Shown here piece after piece: positions 11,226-24,290 of a stretch of 64,000 nucleotides of DNA; position 1 is the first letter of the stretch; each line of letters opens with the position of its first letter. The position numbers were made by a program, and so were the translations under genes. This DNA is from Octopus vulgaris (Eukaryota). Under the pieces are notes generated by a model. That model was given only the letters and a program-made list of their open reading frames with translations, ran no database searches and was not told the origin of the DNA. The DNA lies in the NCBI GenBank assembly GCA_951406725.2, contig OX597824.1:4774001-4838000 (forward strand), read 5' to 3'.

Positions 11226-13774
11226 TCATAATTATTATATGTAATGATGCAATATAACAAAATGTGTAAAATATTACACTAAATTCTTCACAAATACCTT
11301 GCAAAGCCTCAAATGTCTGGGAACTTTCTCAACAACTACCCATCCAAAGTATTATCCCTGGGGCAAGACTTCCTTTTGGACCAGAAAACACTTCAGTTCT
11401 GAATATCTGCAGACCTACAATGTCTACAAAGCCTAAGTGCACTACCCCAACCATTAGATACTGGCATATCTGACACAGTTATGCAAGTACCTGCTCTTCT
11501 TTGTATTTTGCACCAATAGTGTCAATGGGTCATGATCTTTTGTGCTAGCAAGCTTTATATTACCCAATAAATTTACCTACTTTCCATTCTTCCTCACTAA
11601 AACTAGAATCTGTACCCCATCCAATCACATACTCACTATAATTATAAACCTAAAAAATCACAAATGGAATGTTACAGCATCAACCTTACCTGTTTAAGAA
11701 ACTTGCACAATTCTTTAGACCTAATTATTTCTTAAATAAACATAAAACTATCAATTTGGGACAGGAGTATAGTTGATAGCAGCAGAGAGATCTATATAGA
11801 AAATGTAGAAGGTAATGTAGGGGAAGTAAACAGGCAGAGAGAGTGATAGTATAGGGTTCAAAGTCACAAGGTTTAATTAAGGTAAGAAATTTTAAAAAGG
11901 TACACAGAAAGGTGATCAAAATGGAAGAAGTGGGGCAAGCAAGGAGAAAATAGGAAAAGAAAGCAAAGCAAATTAGGAAAAAAGAATGAAGACAGGGAGA
12001 ATGAAAATTCATTAGAGGGCATTTCTTTAGAAATATAGCCTGGCTTTCTTAAATAATTTGTTTAACATTTGCAAACATTCACTCCTGAATGTTTGCCTGC
12101 CAGTTCATGAAATTGTAATAGGGCCCAAATTTCTGGGAAAAAATCAGAAAGTTGCAGATCTTGTAAGATGATCTGTTGGCTTTGAATGATATTTAATAAA
12201 GAAATTATTAAATTTCTCCAAGTTGATGCACTAATGCAGTGTTATATTTGGAAAATGATTTCAAGTTTCATTTTTAAAATGCAGCTGGTACTTTCAATGC
12301 TATGAAAAATGTAGAAGAATTGATGTATAAAATATATTAAAACTATATCAGGAAGAAAAATACATCAAATGTATTCATTGGAAAATCCTCATCCTTCAGA
12401 ACATAGACTTGTAAAATAGAGTTCTAGTTTTCACTTTCAAAGTAAAGTGGGGAAAAAATTTACTGAGAAATTAAAATAGGAGCAGTTTTCCATCTTTAAA
12501 CTCATATTACACAGCAATATCAGAAAGGGATAAACCACTACACAGGCTTTCTAGTTACATACGGATGAAATTTATAATGAATTACCTTCTCATAGATTGA
12601 AATTCACATCAGAAATTTCATAGCATATTTTGCAAGTAGTCGTGATTCCACATACCTCTATATACCATGAGCAGAAAACAAACAGGTATACTTAATAGAA
12701 GCAAGAGACTTAACTCTCACCTACTTAACATCACAAAACTCAGTGCTTAGCTCAAAGTGTTATAAACCTTTTTAACATATTTGTAGCATTTACATTCTTT
12801 ACATACAAGATATGGTAGTTGAAATACATAGAAAAATAAATACATGCAAATAAATAATAGAATATACAGAAATACCTTTTTAAATTCATGTCCTATTAGA
12901 TGCAGAAATAGATATGTTATAAGAAAAAAATTACAAAACAAATTGAACAAGGAAAATGCAATAATTACAAATATAACAAAAAACATGAGATCAAAGCACA
13001 CAAGATTAAGCAGAGAAGAGATACAAAAAGGAAAAAAAATATAACAGCAAACACCAACCAGTATATTGATCCCCCAAATCCATCAGATGATACTTTCAAG
13101 CAGAGACAAGTATTAACCTATTTTGACTAGACAAAAGGCTAATTTTTGTCAGTTTCAAATCAAATTCCAAAAGTTATTTTTTTCATAACTAGAAAAGAAT
13201 AAGTGAACCCTTACCAGATTTACGCCAAGATGTAAATATAGATGTAACAAACTAGAATATTTAGTCCAATACCCTACTATAACCAAACTCCTTTATTCTT
13301 GTGAAGAAATATCTTAAAAAATCAGAACAAAAACAACCCTCCAAAAATTGATAAAATGTGATTTTTTTATAGACCTATTAACAATAGAAAAAATATATGG
13401 TGGTGATGAAGGGGAGCAAGATACGATAAAGGGATGAAGCAAATACACCAGCTCTCTAAAAATAAAATTCACGGAAATAATTATTTTCTATATAGAAGAG
13501 ATGATGTATGTTTAATGTCATGCTTAGAAATAAATAATAAGAAACTGCAACAGGTATACCATCATGATCAGTGAGTCGATAGTCCAAAAATATTATCTTC
13601 TCAGCTACACCATACAGACATACTCAAATATGTATCATACAAAAATCACAAGCATGCACATGTGCATGTATTTGAGTGTTCTTAGATGACAACTCTATTG
13701 AGCTATCATCAGAATAAATGACGACAGGTAACTCAAGAGTAATGACATCATGATCTAATCAAATTTACATAAAA

Positions 13775-13930
13775 GAATGCTCTGTGATATCTACCTAAGT
13801 GGCCTTTATTTCCACATGTAGAACAGCTGGACTTTCTGCCCAGCACCACAAACCTCATGGCTGTACTTTCGGCACTAACAATGAGCCACAGCTTCAGAAT
13901 TTCTCTACGGCCTCTGAAGGTCATTAAAAC
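13775..13930 (-). pseudogene. Possible LINE ORF1 / gag-like zinc knuckle remnant
   Basis: VVLGRKSSCSTCGNKGHLGRY resembles CxxCxxxGHxxxxC with the last Cys lost. Confidence 0.4.
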
Positions 13931-14584
13931 TTGTATATGCATATAAAAATCCCACTCAATTGCATATCACCTTAGTTTACTTCTGTGCTTATCACCTGTT
14001 TGTACTGCACCACAAAAGTACCAACAAAACAAGCATTAACAGCTTCCACTGTAACCTTTGTGCTTCACCCAGTAATTTTCTGCAAGCTTCTGAATACAAT
14101 GCACCAAGTCAGCCAACATTTTAGCCACTGTCTCTATTTTCAACACAATGCTAAAAGAGTGTCTACCTCAGTCAATGAAGATGTTTTCCTAGACATCAGC
14201 CAGGCTGCTTGCAATGAGGAAAACTTCCATTTTTCTTTTATAAGAAACTTAAGTATGGATGCACTTTCTCTTGTCATACAGCTCTGGCAGGAAAATATTT
14301 TCTGCAGCAGATAATTCATGTCCACAGCTAGTGTCTTTGCAGTTCAAAGGCTGGAAATTCTTTCTCATCTTCTCAATTCAAAGAAAGACTGGAAATGCTG
14401 TTTCCGCTTTTCAATTCAAACCTTCCAGTCATTTTTTTCACTTGGTGAAATGCATGGGGTTTGTGTGAGAGTTATTGTCATTGTTTTCGTTATTATTAAT
14501 TCCTCACCCTGGCTATGCCACAGTCCATTAGAAGATGTGACAGGGTTGCTACCTACCTTCATTGGAAGGTAGGTAGCAACAAGA

Positions 14585-14965
14585 AAATGAAGGTTCTAGC
14601 TACAGAAAAATGCTATAAGTTTGTCCCAGAGACTGTAATACAAAATGAAAATGCTGTGATTCTCTGGCATATACATGTACATATAAGAAGAGTAAACCAA
14701 CAAGACATCATTATGACAAGAGATTCGTGGTGTGAACATTAATTGATGTGGTTTGCCTATATGATAGTAACACCTTAGTAAAGGAGGTTGAAAACTTTCT
14801 AAATATAAAAATATGGAGATTGGAATAGCAAGAATGTGAAATATGGACACGAGAATAGTTACAGTTATTATAGGAAAGCTATGAACTGTGAAGCTGGATA
14901 CATAAGAAAGAAAGAATTTTTTGAGAGAACTACAGATGAAATCCAGAAAATATCACTGTGAAGAA
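14585..14965 (+). pseudogene. R4/Dong-like non-LTR retrotransposon, restriction-like endonuclease remnant
   Basis: Across frames: PETVIQNENAVILW...NQQDII...LIDVVCLYDSN..VKE.E..SKYK...IARM*...VIIG, matching the PD..D RLE pattern. Confidence 0.75.
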
Positions 14966-15180
14966 GTTGCCATATTCTATTTAAAACACTATCTGTGAAG
15001 TAAAGAAAATAATAGGTTTAAACTCAGTTCAATCTACAGCTGAAAAGCTCCAGATGAGAAGAGTAGTACATTATTAACAGCTTAATAAACAAATGATCAA
15101 ATGACAATGTATAGGCATAGATACAAATACACTGATGTGTCTATATGTATAGGTACACACATGCACATGTCCATGCACAC

Positions 15181-15246
<66 letters not shown>

Positions 15247-15399
15247 GACTTGCTACAGTTATGATTTTACACATATTAAAACAAAATTGCTGAATATACA
15301 TTTGTTAATATCTGCTAAAAGCTGTAAGCAACCACTTGAATACCTACATCAAACCATGATAGGTGATGGTGGTGGTGGTGGTGGTGGTGGTGGTGGTAT

Positions 15400-15693
15400 T
15401 GGATCCCTGTCATTCAACAATGAGGATTCAGTTGTTCGATCAAGTGGATTACCTGCTCTTGAAGCAACACGTAAATCTGGTATTCCCCAGGTACATGGAC
15501 TCTGAACGTAATTCTCAAGTTGAATCAGCATGACATTGTGAGTAAAAAGGTTGTGCCCTTTGAATTACTCGTGCAATCCACACGACAGGCTTCCATTCAG
15601 TTTCCTTCTACCCAATTTCACTTGCAAGGTTTCAGCTAACTAGAGGCTATGAAACAGACATTTGCTCAAGGTGCCATGCAGTGGGATTGAACC
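15400..15693 (-). mobile_element. Family A-related SINE, diverged
   Basis: ...TTGCTCAAGGTGCCATGCAGTGGGATTGAACC is the reverse complement of the family A head and CORE. Confidence 0.65.
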
Positions 15694-16479
15694 ATCATGT
15701 GTGTGCACAAGAGAGAGAGAGAGAGAGAGAGAAAAAAAGAGAGAGAGAAAGTGTGTGTATGTGTGTGCATGCATATAAATTGATATAAGTATTTGTAATT
15801 TTACAGAATGTGGAAACAAACTACAAATATACAAAATCAGAATTCTTGTTAGAACAACCGGTTAGGAAGAGAACAGGACAGTAACACCAGAATTAGACAT
15901 TTCTAGCATAAGGAAAATCTATACTGTGATTCATATGACCGATTGAAAAAGGCAGAGAGTGGTTGAATGATTTTCTCTATCGATCTGTATTGATATAACA
16001 TTGATGGAAGACAAGGCTAATATCTGGATGACTGAGGTAAACAAACTATCAAGGAACAGCAACAGTTGTGGAGTTAGTGAAAGAATGAGTAACTGCAAAG
16101 TGATGCGTATGAGGAGTTTCTCAGCATATATTATATTTGTCTGCGTGGCTGTGTATTGGTTGTATATGTTTGTTTATATACAGCACACGCTTAGCATGAT
16201 ACTACACAATAAAACTAAAGCTGATAAGTCTGGTGTGTGTGTTCTTAGCCACATGTGTAATCATCACCAACGTTATCGTAACATATCATTAAATATATGA
16301 ACACATACTGTGTATATGTACATATATATTTCAAGTGAGTATATTTTAAAAATTAAATTAAAAGCAAGAGGTGAGACTCACTGATAAATGACTCAACAAA
16401 GAAATATAAGCTAAATATTTTTCATAGACAGAAATACAGGGTATCAGTCACTTTGTAGTTTTCCTAGTAGTGGCTTATT

Positions 16480-17125
16480 GTATACATACAAACATAATAC
16501 ACATACACATTTATATATACACACAAAATACACATGCACATATGCACACACACACACACATATATATATGTATATATATGTACGTATGTATGTATGTATG
16601 TATGTATGTATGTATGTATATGTACGTATGTATGTATGTATGTATGTATGTATGTATGCATGTATGTATTGAATGTATGTATGTATGTATGTATGTATGT
16701 ATGTATGTATGTATGTATGTATGTATATATATGTACGTATGTATGTATGTATCGGTCATTATAATATGCTGAATATAACTATAAAATAAATTTTGTGGAT
16801 GTACAAATTTCCATCTCTTTATCATTAATATATAAATATATATATTTATATATATACACACACACACATATGTACACAAATATATAGATACATATATATA
16901 CACAAAAGCATACATGAATACATATTTATACATACATGTCTACATATATGCATTCATATGTGTATTTATATATGTATATATATATTTACACTCAAATACA
17001 TATATACACACATATACATATATATACACACACACATATATATATACACATACATATATATACACACACACACATATATATATACAAATATAAACACATA
17101 CACAAGTATACACACACACATACAT
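16480..17125. repeat. (TATG)n and (TA/CA)n microsatellite field
   Basis: Read directly; source of many spurious ORFs. Confidence 0.95.
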
Positions 17126-17555
17126 TATATTTTTGCCTTCATGTGAAGTAGGATATATAAACAATTTAACATTAAACTGAAGGATTAGTCAATACTCTTT
17201 TAGTAGAGTACACATTTCTTAAATTTTTACAACACAAAGGTTGACAGTGACTTCAAAGTGTCAGCATGCTTACCTTCATCAACCTATAAAAGTTTAATAT
17301 ACAAATATATATATACACAAACACACACACATGTATAGATAGAAATATATGAACACATATGTATAGATATTCATTTAACTTTAATCTCTTATAGTTTCAG
17401 TCAGGAGACTGTAGCCATGTTGGAGGTCCCTTGAAAAGTTTTCAGGGAATAATTTGACCCTAGCACTTGTGTTTCTTTGGTCTCTATTGATGTACACCCA
17501 CTCCCATATGTGTGTGTATGTGTTTATGCGTGTATGTATATATATATTATATATA

Positions 17556-17816
17556 CAGGGGTTGGACAAAACACCTCGCATCATAGCATCATAATTTTGA
17601 AATATCTCAAAAACCATCAAAAGCTTGTTTATTTTTAAGTTTTTTTTGTTTATTATGCACCAGATTCTGGAGCCATCTTGAGTCCGTGGTGGAAGCTGAG
17701 GGCAGCTACTTTAAGTAAGCTCTTACTTCTTAGCAATAATTTAGAGGATATTTTATGATTTTTTAAAATACTTTTATTTTGGGGTGGGATTTTGTTTTCC
17801 TTTTATGCAAACTGTC
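17556..17816. mobile_element. Possible Tc1/mariner-type MITE
   Basis: TA-CAGGGGTTGGACAAAA start; right end is degenerate. Confidence 0.35.
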
Positions 17817-17989
17817 AAATTTAACCAAAACATGCATATGTACATGCATATATATATGCTAGCATGGAAGGTGGACATTCAACGATGATGATGATGATAT
17901 ATATATATATATATATCACAGTAAGCACATGAATGTGAAACAAGATGGGGAAAAAATAGTACTTAAATACCAGAAGTAGAGTAACATGA

Positions 17990-18167
17990 TTTATTAATAA
18001 AGCTGCAAAAACATCACAAAAATGTCACAAAAAACTGCTACTCAAAGTTTCACATTCCTGTTCATCAGGCAGTTGTGGAATAAGAATTGAAGTTAACCTC
18101 TGAATAAACTCTGAGTAGCAGTTTTTTTGTGACATTTTCGTGATGTTTTTGCAGCCTTAATAATAAA
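17990..18167. repeat. ~60-bp inverted repeat enclosing a hammerhead (Penelope-like inverted end)
   Basis: 17990-18050 is the near-perfect reverse complement of 18106-18167. Confidence 0.85.
18033..18074 (-). ncRNA. Type I hammerhead ribozyme motif
   Basis: Minus strand reads AACTGC CTGATGA ACA GGAA TGT GAAAC TTTGA GTA GCAGTT: 6-bp stem I, 3-bp stem II, GUA site. Confidence 0.8.
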
Positions 18168-18175
18168 GTGTGTGA

Positions 18176-18224
<49 letters not shown>

Positions 18225-18227
<3 letters not shown>

Positions 18228-18530
18228 TCATCATCATCGTTTAACGTCTGTTTTCTATGCTAGTATGGGTTGGATGGTTTGACTGAGGTCTGAAGAGCCA
18301 GAAGGCTGCACCAGGCTCCAATCTGATCTAGCAATGTTTCTATAGCTGGATGCCCTTCCTAGCACCAACCACCCCAAGAGTATAGTAGGTGCTTTTCACA
18401 TGCCACCACCACAGGAGCCAGTCAGGCAAGCCTGGCATTGATCATGTTCAGATGGTATTTTTTACATGCCACCAGCACAGAGCCCACTCAGGCAGACCTG
18501 GCATCAACCACTTACAGTCAGGTATGTGTC
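18225..18530 (-). mobile_element. Family B retroposon
   Basis: (CAT)n CGTTTAACGTC...TGGATGCCCTTCC with internal ~60-bp repeats. Confidence 0.85.
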
Positions 18531-18579
18531 AGGGCCTACATCCATGTGTCTTTGCATCGATGCTGCTTATAAATTTTGA

Positions 18580-18912
18580 CCCTGGCACCTGTGCTGGTGG
18601 CACCTAAAAAGCACCACCCATATGTGGCCGATGCCAGCGCCGCCTTGACTGGCTTCCGTGTCGGTGGCACATAAAATCCACCAACCGATCGTGGCCGTTG
18701 CCAGCCTCCCCTGGCACCTGTGCCAGTGGAACGTAAAAAGCACCCACTACACTCATGGAGTGGTTGGCGTTAGGAAGGGCATCCAGCTGTAGAAACACTG
18801 CCAGATCAGACTGGAGCCTCGTGCAGCCTCCTGGCTTCCCAGATCCCGGTCGAACTGTCCAACCCATGATAGCATGGAAAACGGACGTTAAACGATGATG
18901 ATGATGATGATG
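18580..18912 (+). mobile_element. Family B retroposon
   Basis: Repeated GTGCC.GTGGCAC.TAAAAAGCACC units, then GGAAGGGCATCCAGC and (GAT)n tail. Confidence 0.85.
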
Positions 18913-19667
18913 AAAGGCATCATGCCTCAAGATGCTTCATCCAACCTAAGCTACCATGAAAAAAGGCAGGTGTAAATGTAAAAATGATGGTTATAGTGAT
19001 GGTGACAGTGATATATATATTTCACATTTGTATGCTCCTAAACCAGTGTATGTATGTTTATGTATGTATATATTCATGCATCCTATAAATTCATCAAGTT
19101 TTCGAATATAAAACATTTAAATTCTACCTTATAAATCTACACACACATACACTCTCCCCCCCTCTCTCTCTCTCTCTTACATTCTCACTTGCATAAAAAT
19201 ATGAGAGTGTATGGGTGTTATATAGATAGATTAAGCAATACGAAATAACAAATTTTTTTTTTAAATCATACAATACAGACTTTTTTTCATTTGATTAAAT
19301 TTGCCTGAAACCCTCCAGATTTTAATCAAACTTTCATGAGAATATTTTATAATTTTTTTCTCTCTCCAAATAATTCTGAATAACTATAAATTGAGCACTA
19401 TCAACCAATTAGTTTTCTTCTGTTATATATATATACCCATGTATGCTGAAAACTGTTGCCTTCCTCCATCTCAACACAAATCACTCCCAAAGTGTGCCAC
19501 TTCATTTTGACCTAATCTAGATTTTCACAATACATTTGGTCTATATTCAGGCAGACATTCTTGTTAAATGAAATTTAAAAAAGAAAAAATATTTTTTCTT
19601 TGTCAACTATGCAGTATTTATTGATTGATTTGTTATCAGTTCTACACAGACAGGCGCACACACACAC

Positions 19668-19711
<44 letters not shown>

Positions 19712-19729
19712 TCTCTCTCTCTCTCTCAT

Positions 19730-20130
19730 ATTACAAGGTGTTCAGAGGAGGAGGAAGAGTGTCCATGAACTTTACAGGTCCCCTTAAATTAAAGAGACTG
19801 AAGTAGTTGGTATTCACCTTGGGCATCTGTAGGTTGATGTTTGCAGGAAGATGTAGTTTTGGGGGGGAAGAAGTGACTAAGTTGTTTTATGTAAGTTTTA
19901 GGAAGGAAAACACAGTAAGGGTGATAAGAGGGAGCAGGAAGACACGGACATTGTTAGGCTTGAAGGTTTGTTGGTGGGCAAGTATATAATTAGTGGAAGA
20001 GGAAGAGGCAATTGCAATAATGATAGAAGAGCCAGAGAGGGTAAACTATGCATATTTGAGCATATGGTTATAATTAGTTGGTGAGTGAATTATTTAATTA
20101 GTCAAATGGCTTCAACTGAAACAGGTTCAA
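19730..20130 (-). pseudogene. Possible Penelope-like RT/endonuclease linker remnant, very decayed
   Basis: Across frames: YPL..., RVFLLP, NLVTSS...SCKHQ..RC...KGP, loosely resembling the PLE linker Cys region. Confidence 0.3.
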
Positions 20131-20553
20131 ATTTTGTGCGTGTGTTGAGGTGGGGGACAACATCATCACATATAGGTGAGCAGTGAATTGAGCTTATTTG
20201 AGAAGGTCAACAACTGATTACAACATATTTTCCTAGACCTGAAGTGAAATCTTTGTCTCTGTTATACAGTTGGTAGCACTGTATATGAGGGGCTCACAAT
20301 AGGAGCTGAAAGGTAGTCAGGCCTAGTATTAATAGCAGCATTGCCACTTCGAGTTGTATTTTTCATAAATACAGAGAATAAGATGCAAAAAGGTTTCCTT
20401 GATAAGATAGTAGAGAATTATTTTAGAGACGTCTGGCTGCTATTTCTAACAGATTAAGTGACAAAAGTAACTTTGTAGAATTTATCAACACTTTGCAATT
20501 AAATAAAAAAGAAGTTTTCTGAAACCATCCTCAAAAAAAAATAATGTAGAACC

Positions 20554-20889
20554 ATAATAATAATAATAATGAAATTATTGTATACAGTGCTCAGGTGCAC
20601 CACAACTTGTCAAAAGTGCATATAAAGTACATGCAGTAATGTAGAAATGTTTGGAAAGCGAACAATGTATGAGTCAGCTACATGCTTGTGTGTGTATGGA
20701 GGGGAGAAAATCAAGTGTAGTGTTGGCGAATCTCAGGAAGCATGGAAGTTTTGAAGGATGCAGTGCTCCGACAACTAACAACTGATGCCGGCAGTTTGTT
20801 CCATGCTTCAGCAACTCTCAGCGTGCAAAAATGTTTCCTGAAGTCATGGGAGCTGTGCTGTTTTCTTACTTTGTAAATATGTCCACGGG
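20554..20889 (-). mobile_element. CR1-clade LINE 3' end
   Basis: TRGHIYKV...RKHFCTLRVAEAWNKLP..VV...ASFK, then 3' UTR and (ATT)n tail. Confidence 0.85.
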
Positions 20890-21180
20890 TGCAAAAATGC
20901 AAAAATCTTGGGAAACTAACCAAGAACAATCAGCCATCCCCTGTATATCATCATCTGAAATCCAGATATAAACTGCTGTCCTTGAATGCCCGTAGTTTAT
21001 GCAACAAGGTGCATGTTTTTGTCTCCTACGTCAAAAGTATCAACCCAGATTTCATCACAGTCACGGAAACGTGGGCACACTCTGCACTCTGTGATGGAGT
21101 TTTCAGCATAGCCGGCTACAACCTGTTCCGCAAAGACCGTATTAATCGCCGTGGAGGGGGTGTGATGATTTATGTTCGAT
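20890..21180 (+). pseudogene. LINE APE endonuclease N-terminal fragment
   Basis: LSLNARSLCNK, PDFITVTETW, GYNLFRKDR..RRGGGVMIYV. Confidence 0.9.
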
Positions 21181-21394
21181 AATAGAATGAGCCAAATCAT
21201 CTGGAGTAGACAATGTTCACTATTTTGAAAACCAAATGACCAACAGATAATGAACATCAAATAACGAAAGTCAGCTAGAAAGAAAATATGAAATGAAAAC
21301 AACTAATGCATATAAATTGTAAATTCAGCCTGTAAGACTCTAGAAATATGCAAATCTTTTCTCAAGTTCAGTTTGTGACTATTTGCATTGTTAT

Positions 21395-21755
21395 ACAGGC
21401 CAGTGCCGCCTGAATGGCTCCTGTGCTGGTCGCACATAAAAACCACCATTCAAGCATGGTCATTGTCAGTGCTGCCTGACTGGTTCCCATCCCGGTAGCA
21501 CATAAAGAGCACCAGTCGAGCGAGGTCGATGCCAGAGTTGCTTGACTGTCCCCCATGGTGATGGCACATAAAAAGCACCCACTACATTCTCAGAGCAGTT
21601 GGCATTAGGAAGGGCATCCAGCTGTAGAAACCTTGCCAGAACAGATTGGAGTTTGGTGCAGCCGCCTGGCTTGCCAGACCTCAGTCAAATTGTCCAACCC
21701 ATGCCAGCATGGAAGGCAGATGTTAGATGACGACGACGATGATGATGATGATGAT
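21395..21755 (+). mobile_element. Family B retroposon with three internal repeats
   Basis: GCACATAAAAA.CACC units, GGAAGGGCATCCAGCTGTAG, (GAT)n tail. Confidence 0.85.
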
Positions 21756-22461
21756 GCACGAACCCAAACTGCATCTCGTCTAAACTGATTCTCTCCCAAA
21801 TTATTTGGGCTAAGACCCTCTCTGTGGCTTTCATTACTTGATCCAACAACTTGATACCTCTGTAGTTATTTGTATCTAATGCATCACCTTTACCTTCGTA
21901 GCAGCTGACTATGGTGCTGCTACACCAGTCATTGAGTATGACTCCTTCATGCATCACTTGATTGACTATATGGGTGACTAGACTATAGCCGACACCGCCA
22001 GATATTTTAAGCATCTCTGCAGTGATTCCTGATGGGCAGGGGACTTTCTCTGTCTTCATACCCTTAATTGCTTTATCTACCAAGGCACTGTCAATTCAGA
22101 TTGCTGGTCCCTCTGTTAGGTCAACATTCAGCAGACTCTCTTTCTCCCATTCATTCTCTTCATTTAGCAACCTTTCATAGTGGCATCTCCAACTCTCTCT
22201 CTCTCTTTGCAGCCTTATTAAATGCAAGTGAGCCATCATCCATGCGGATACATTTCTCTCACGATTATCTCTCACAAACTGTCTTGCAACACGAAACACT
22301 TCAAGTCTTTGGTCCTCACAACACAGAACATTAGCAAATTTTTTCTTATCTGCTTCCCTTCTGGCTAAGTAAACCTCTCTCCTAGCTTCCCTTCTGGCAA
22401 TCTAATACAATTTCCTGCTACCACCATTCATCTAGTCTTTCCATGCCTGTTTCTTTTCCCT
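21756..22461 (-). pseudogene. RTE-clade LINE reverse transcriptase fragment
   Basis: PSGITAEMLK, DW.SS.IV..YEGKGD...NYRGIKLL...MK..ERV, QFGF. Confidence 0.9.
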
Positions 22462-22920
22462 TTTCCATTGAACTAAAAGTGCTTTTCATCAGTAAATACT
22501 AATTTGCTAAAATCAATTAGTTAACCATAATTTTGTGCAGTCTAGCCTTCCTTTCTTTTGTCTTTTTTTGCTTAAATAAAATTTCCTCTTAGATTTACCA
22601 TACTTGTATCCAGTTTCTTTCGGTGTTCTTTGAATATTTACATCTATTTCACATTTCTCTCCTTCTTATGCCATTACTTTTTCTCCAGCTGCCAGGACAT
22701 GGGATACAGTCGTCTTCATTTGCCTTTAAGTTCTCTTCCCAAGCGACTATTTTTCCTCCTCCTCTTCTTATTCTTATTCCTCCAGTTATAGTCATTCTTC
22801 AACATATATTTCACTGAAGATTTTGAAATCTTCAAATCAACAGCTGTTTTTCCCAGGCTCAGGCTATCTTCTGTCTTCCTTTGAACTAAACAAATTATTT
22901 CCTTTGAATGCATTTTCATC
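22462..22920 (-). pseudogene. Tc1-family transposase fragment
   Basis: HTH-like TAVDLKISKSSVKYML, and DFSKLVFTDEKHF (first catalytic D motif) at ~22475-22515. Confidence 0.65.
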
Positions 22921-23639
22921 TAAAAAAAAATAAAAGCAACTTTTTTCTGAAGTAAAGAAAGGTTTCTTGAAAGATAATACTTATTGGACTAATGCAAGCT
23001 GCCTTTACACTAGAAAATTTACATAAAAAACTTTGAAGGGATTGTAAAAGGTGATGCGAAAGTAAGCATTCTGCTATGTCCAAAAAATGATGTTGCATTA
23101 TCAAAATATGCAAAAAGTGCTCGTAGTACAGAAGCAACTGAAATGATCACCTTACTTTCAAGCTATTTAAAGTTCACAGGTATGTGTTTAGCTACTCTAA
23201 GTAGCTCCACAAAATAAACTTTGGTGAAGTACAGTTTCTCGAGTGTTTGAAAAAATTCATTGAACCCCTTTAGTAGTTTGCATTTCAATTTTGGAGGCTT
23301 ATTTTTAACTTATAGAATAGTTCCTTCATTTATGTATAAAATTTCTGAAATAAAAGGTAAAGAAAAGCATACAATCTATAGTTTTTTATCTATCAGGGGA
23401 AGTCTGTAAAACATTTCAAAAAATTTCAATTTGATATTACGTAAGAGTGCTTAGATACACTTATTGTGTATAGACGTAAAGACACTTAAACATATTAGCC
23501 AACATGAACATTCAGGTATAGAATATACTGATGCACTTTTATATCAATTTATCTGCCATTTAGCGTTTTTTATACTCTTATACTATTTTAGCTCTTTTAT
23601 GCCCTTCTATGTTTTCTTTTATAATCACACAGCTATGCA

Positions 23640-24030
23640 CATCATCATCATCATCATTTAACATCCGCTTTCCATGCTAGCATGGGTTGGACGATTTGAC
23701 TGAGGACTGGCGAACCAGATGGCTGCACCAGGTTCCGATCTGATCTGGCAGAGCTTCTACAGCTGAATGCCCTTCCTAACACCAACCACTCTGAGAGTGT
23801 AGTGGGTGCTTTTATGTGCCACCGGCACGAGGGCCAGTCTGGTGGCACTGGCAATGGCCACGCTCAAATGGTGTTTTTTACATGCCACCCGCACAGAAGT
23901 CAGTCCAGCAGCACTGGCAACGACCTCGCTCGAATGTTTTGTTCATGTGCCACTGGCACAAGTGCCAGTAAGGCGACGCTGGTAACAATCACGCTCAAAT
24001 GGTGCTTTTTATGTGCCAGACACGGAAGCC
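23640..24030 (-). mobile_element. Family B retroposon
   Basis: (CAT)n TTAACATCCGCTTTCCATGCTAGCATGGG... with four internal repeats. Confidence 0.85.
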
Positions 24031-24079
24031 AGACATGCACACCTGTGAGTATACATTCATGTGTAGCCATATTTATGGT

Positions 24080-24290
24080 TTCTGATTTTAGCAAACGGCC
24101 CACAATTTTAAGGGAAGGGGTTAGCTGATACTATCAGCCCTAGTACTTGACAAATACTTTATGAACCCTAGAAGGATGAATAGCAAAGTTGATCATAGCA
24201 GGAATTGAACTCGGAGCCTAAAGACCCAGAACAAATATAACGACTATTTCTGTCCAACACGCTAATGATTCTGATAATCCACTGCCCATA
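24080..24290 (-). mobile_element. SINE family C, diverged
   Basis: GAAGGATGAATAGCAAAGTTGA...GGAATTGAACTC. Confidence 0.6.

Noticed and set aside
16464-17164. Many overlapping ORFs (MYVC/HTYI repeats)
   Set aside because: Translations of microsatellites; the same applies to ORFs at 48748-49249, 53070-53338 and 60933-61250.
18580-18750. CRISPR-like repeat-spacer array
   Set aside because: The spacers are homologous to each other, the context is eukaryotic retroposon and there are no cas genes.
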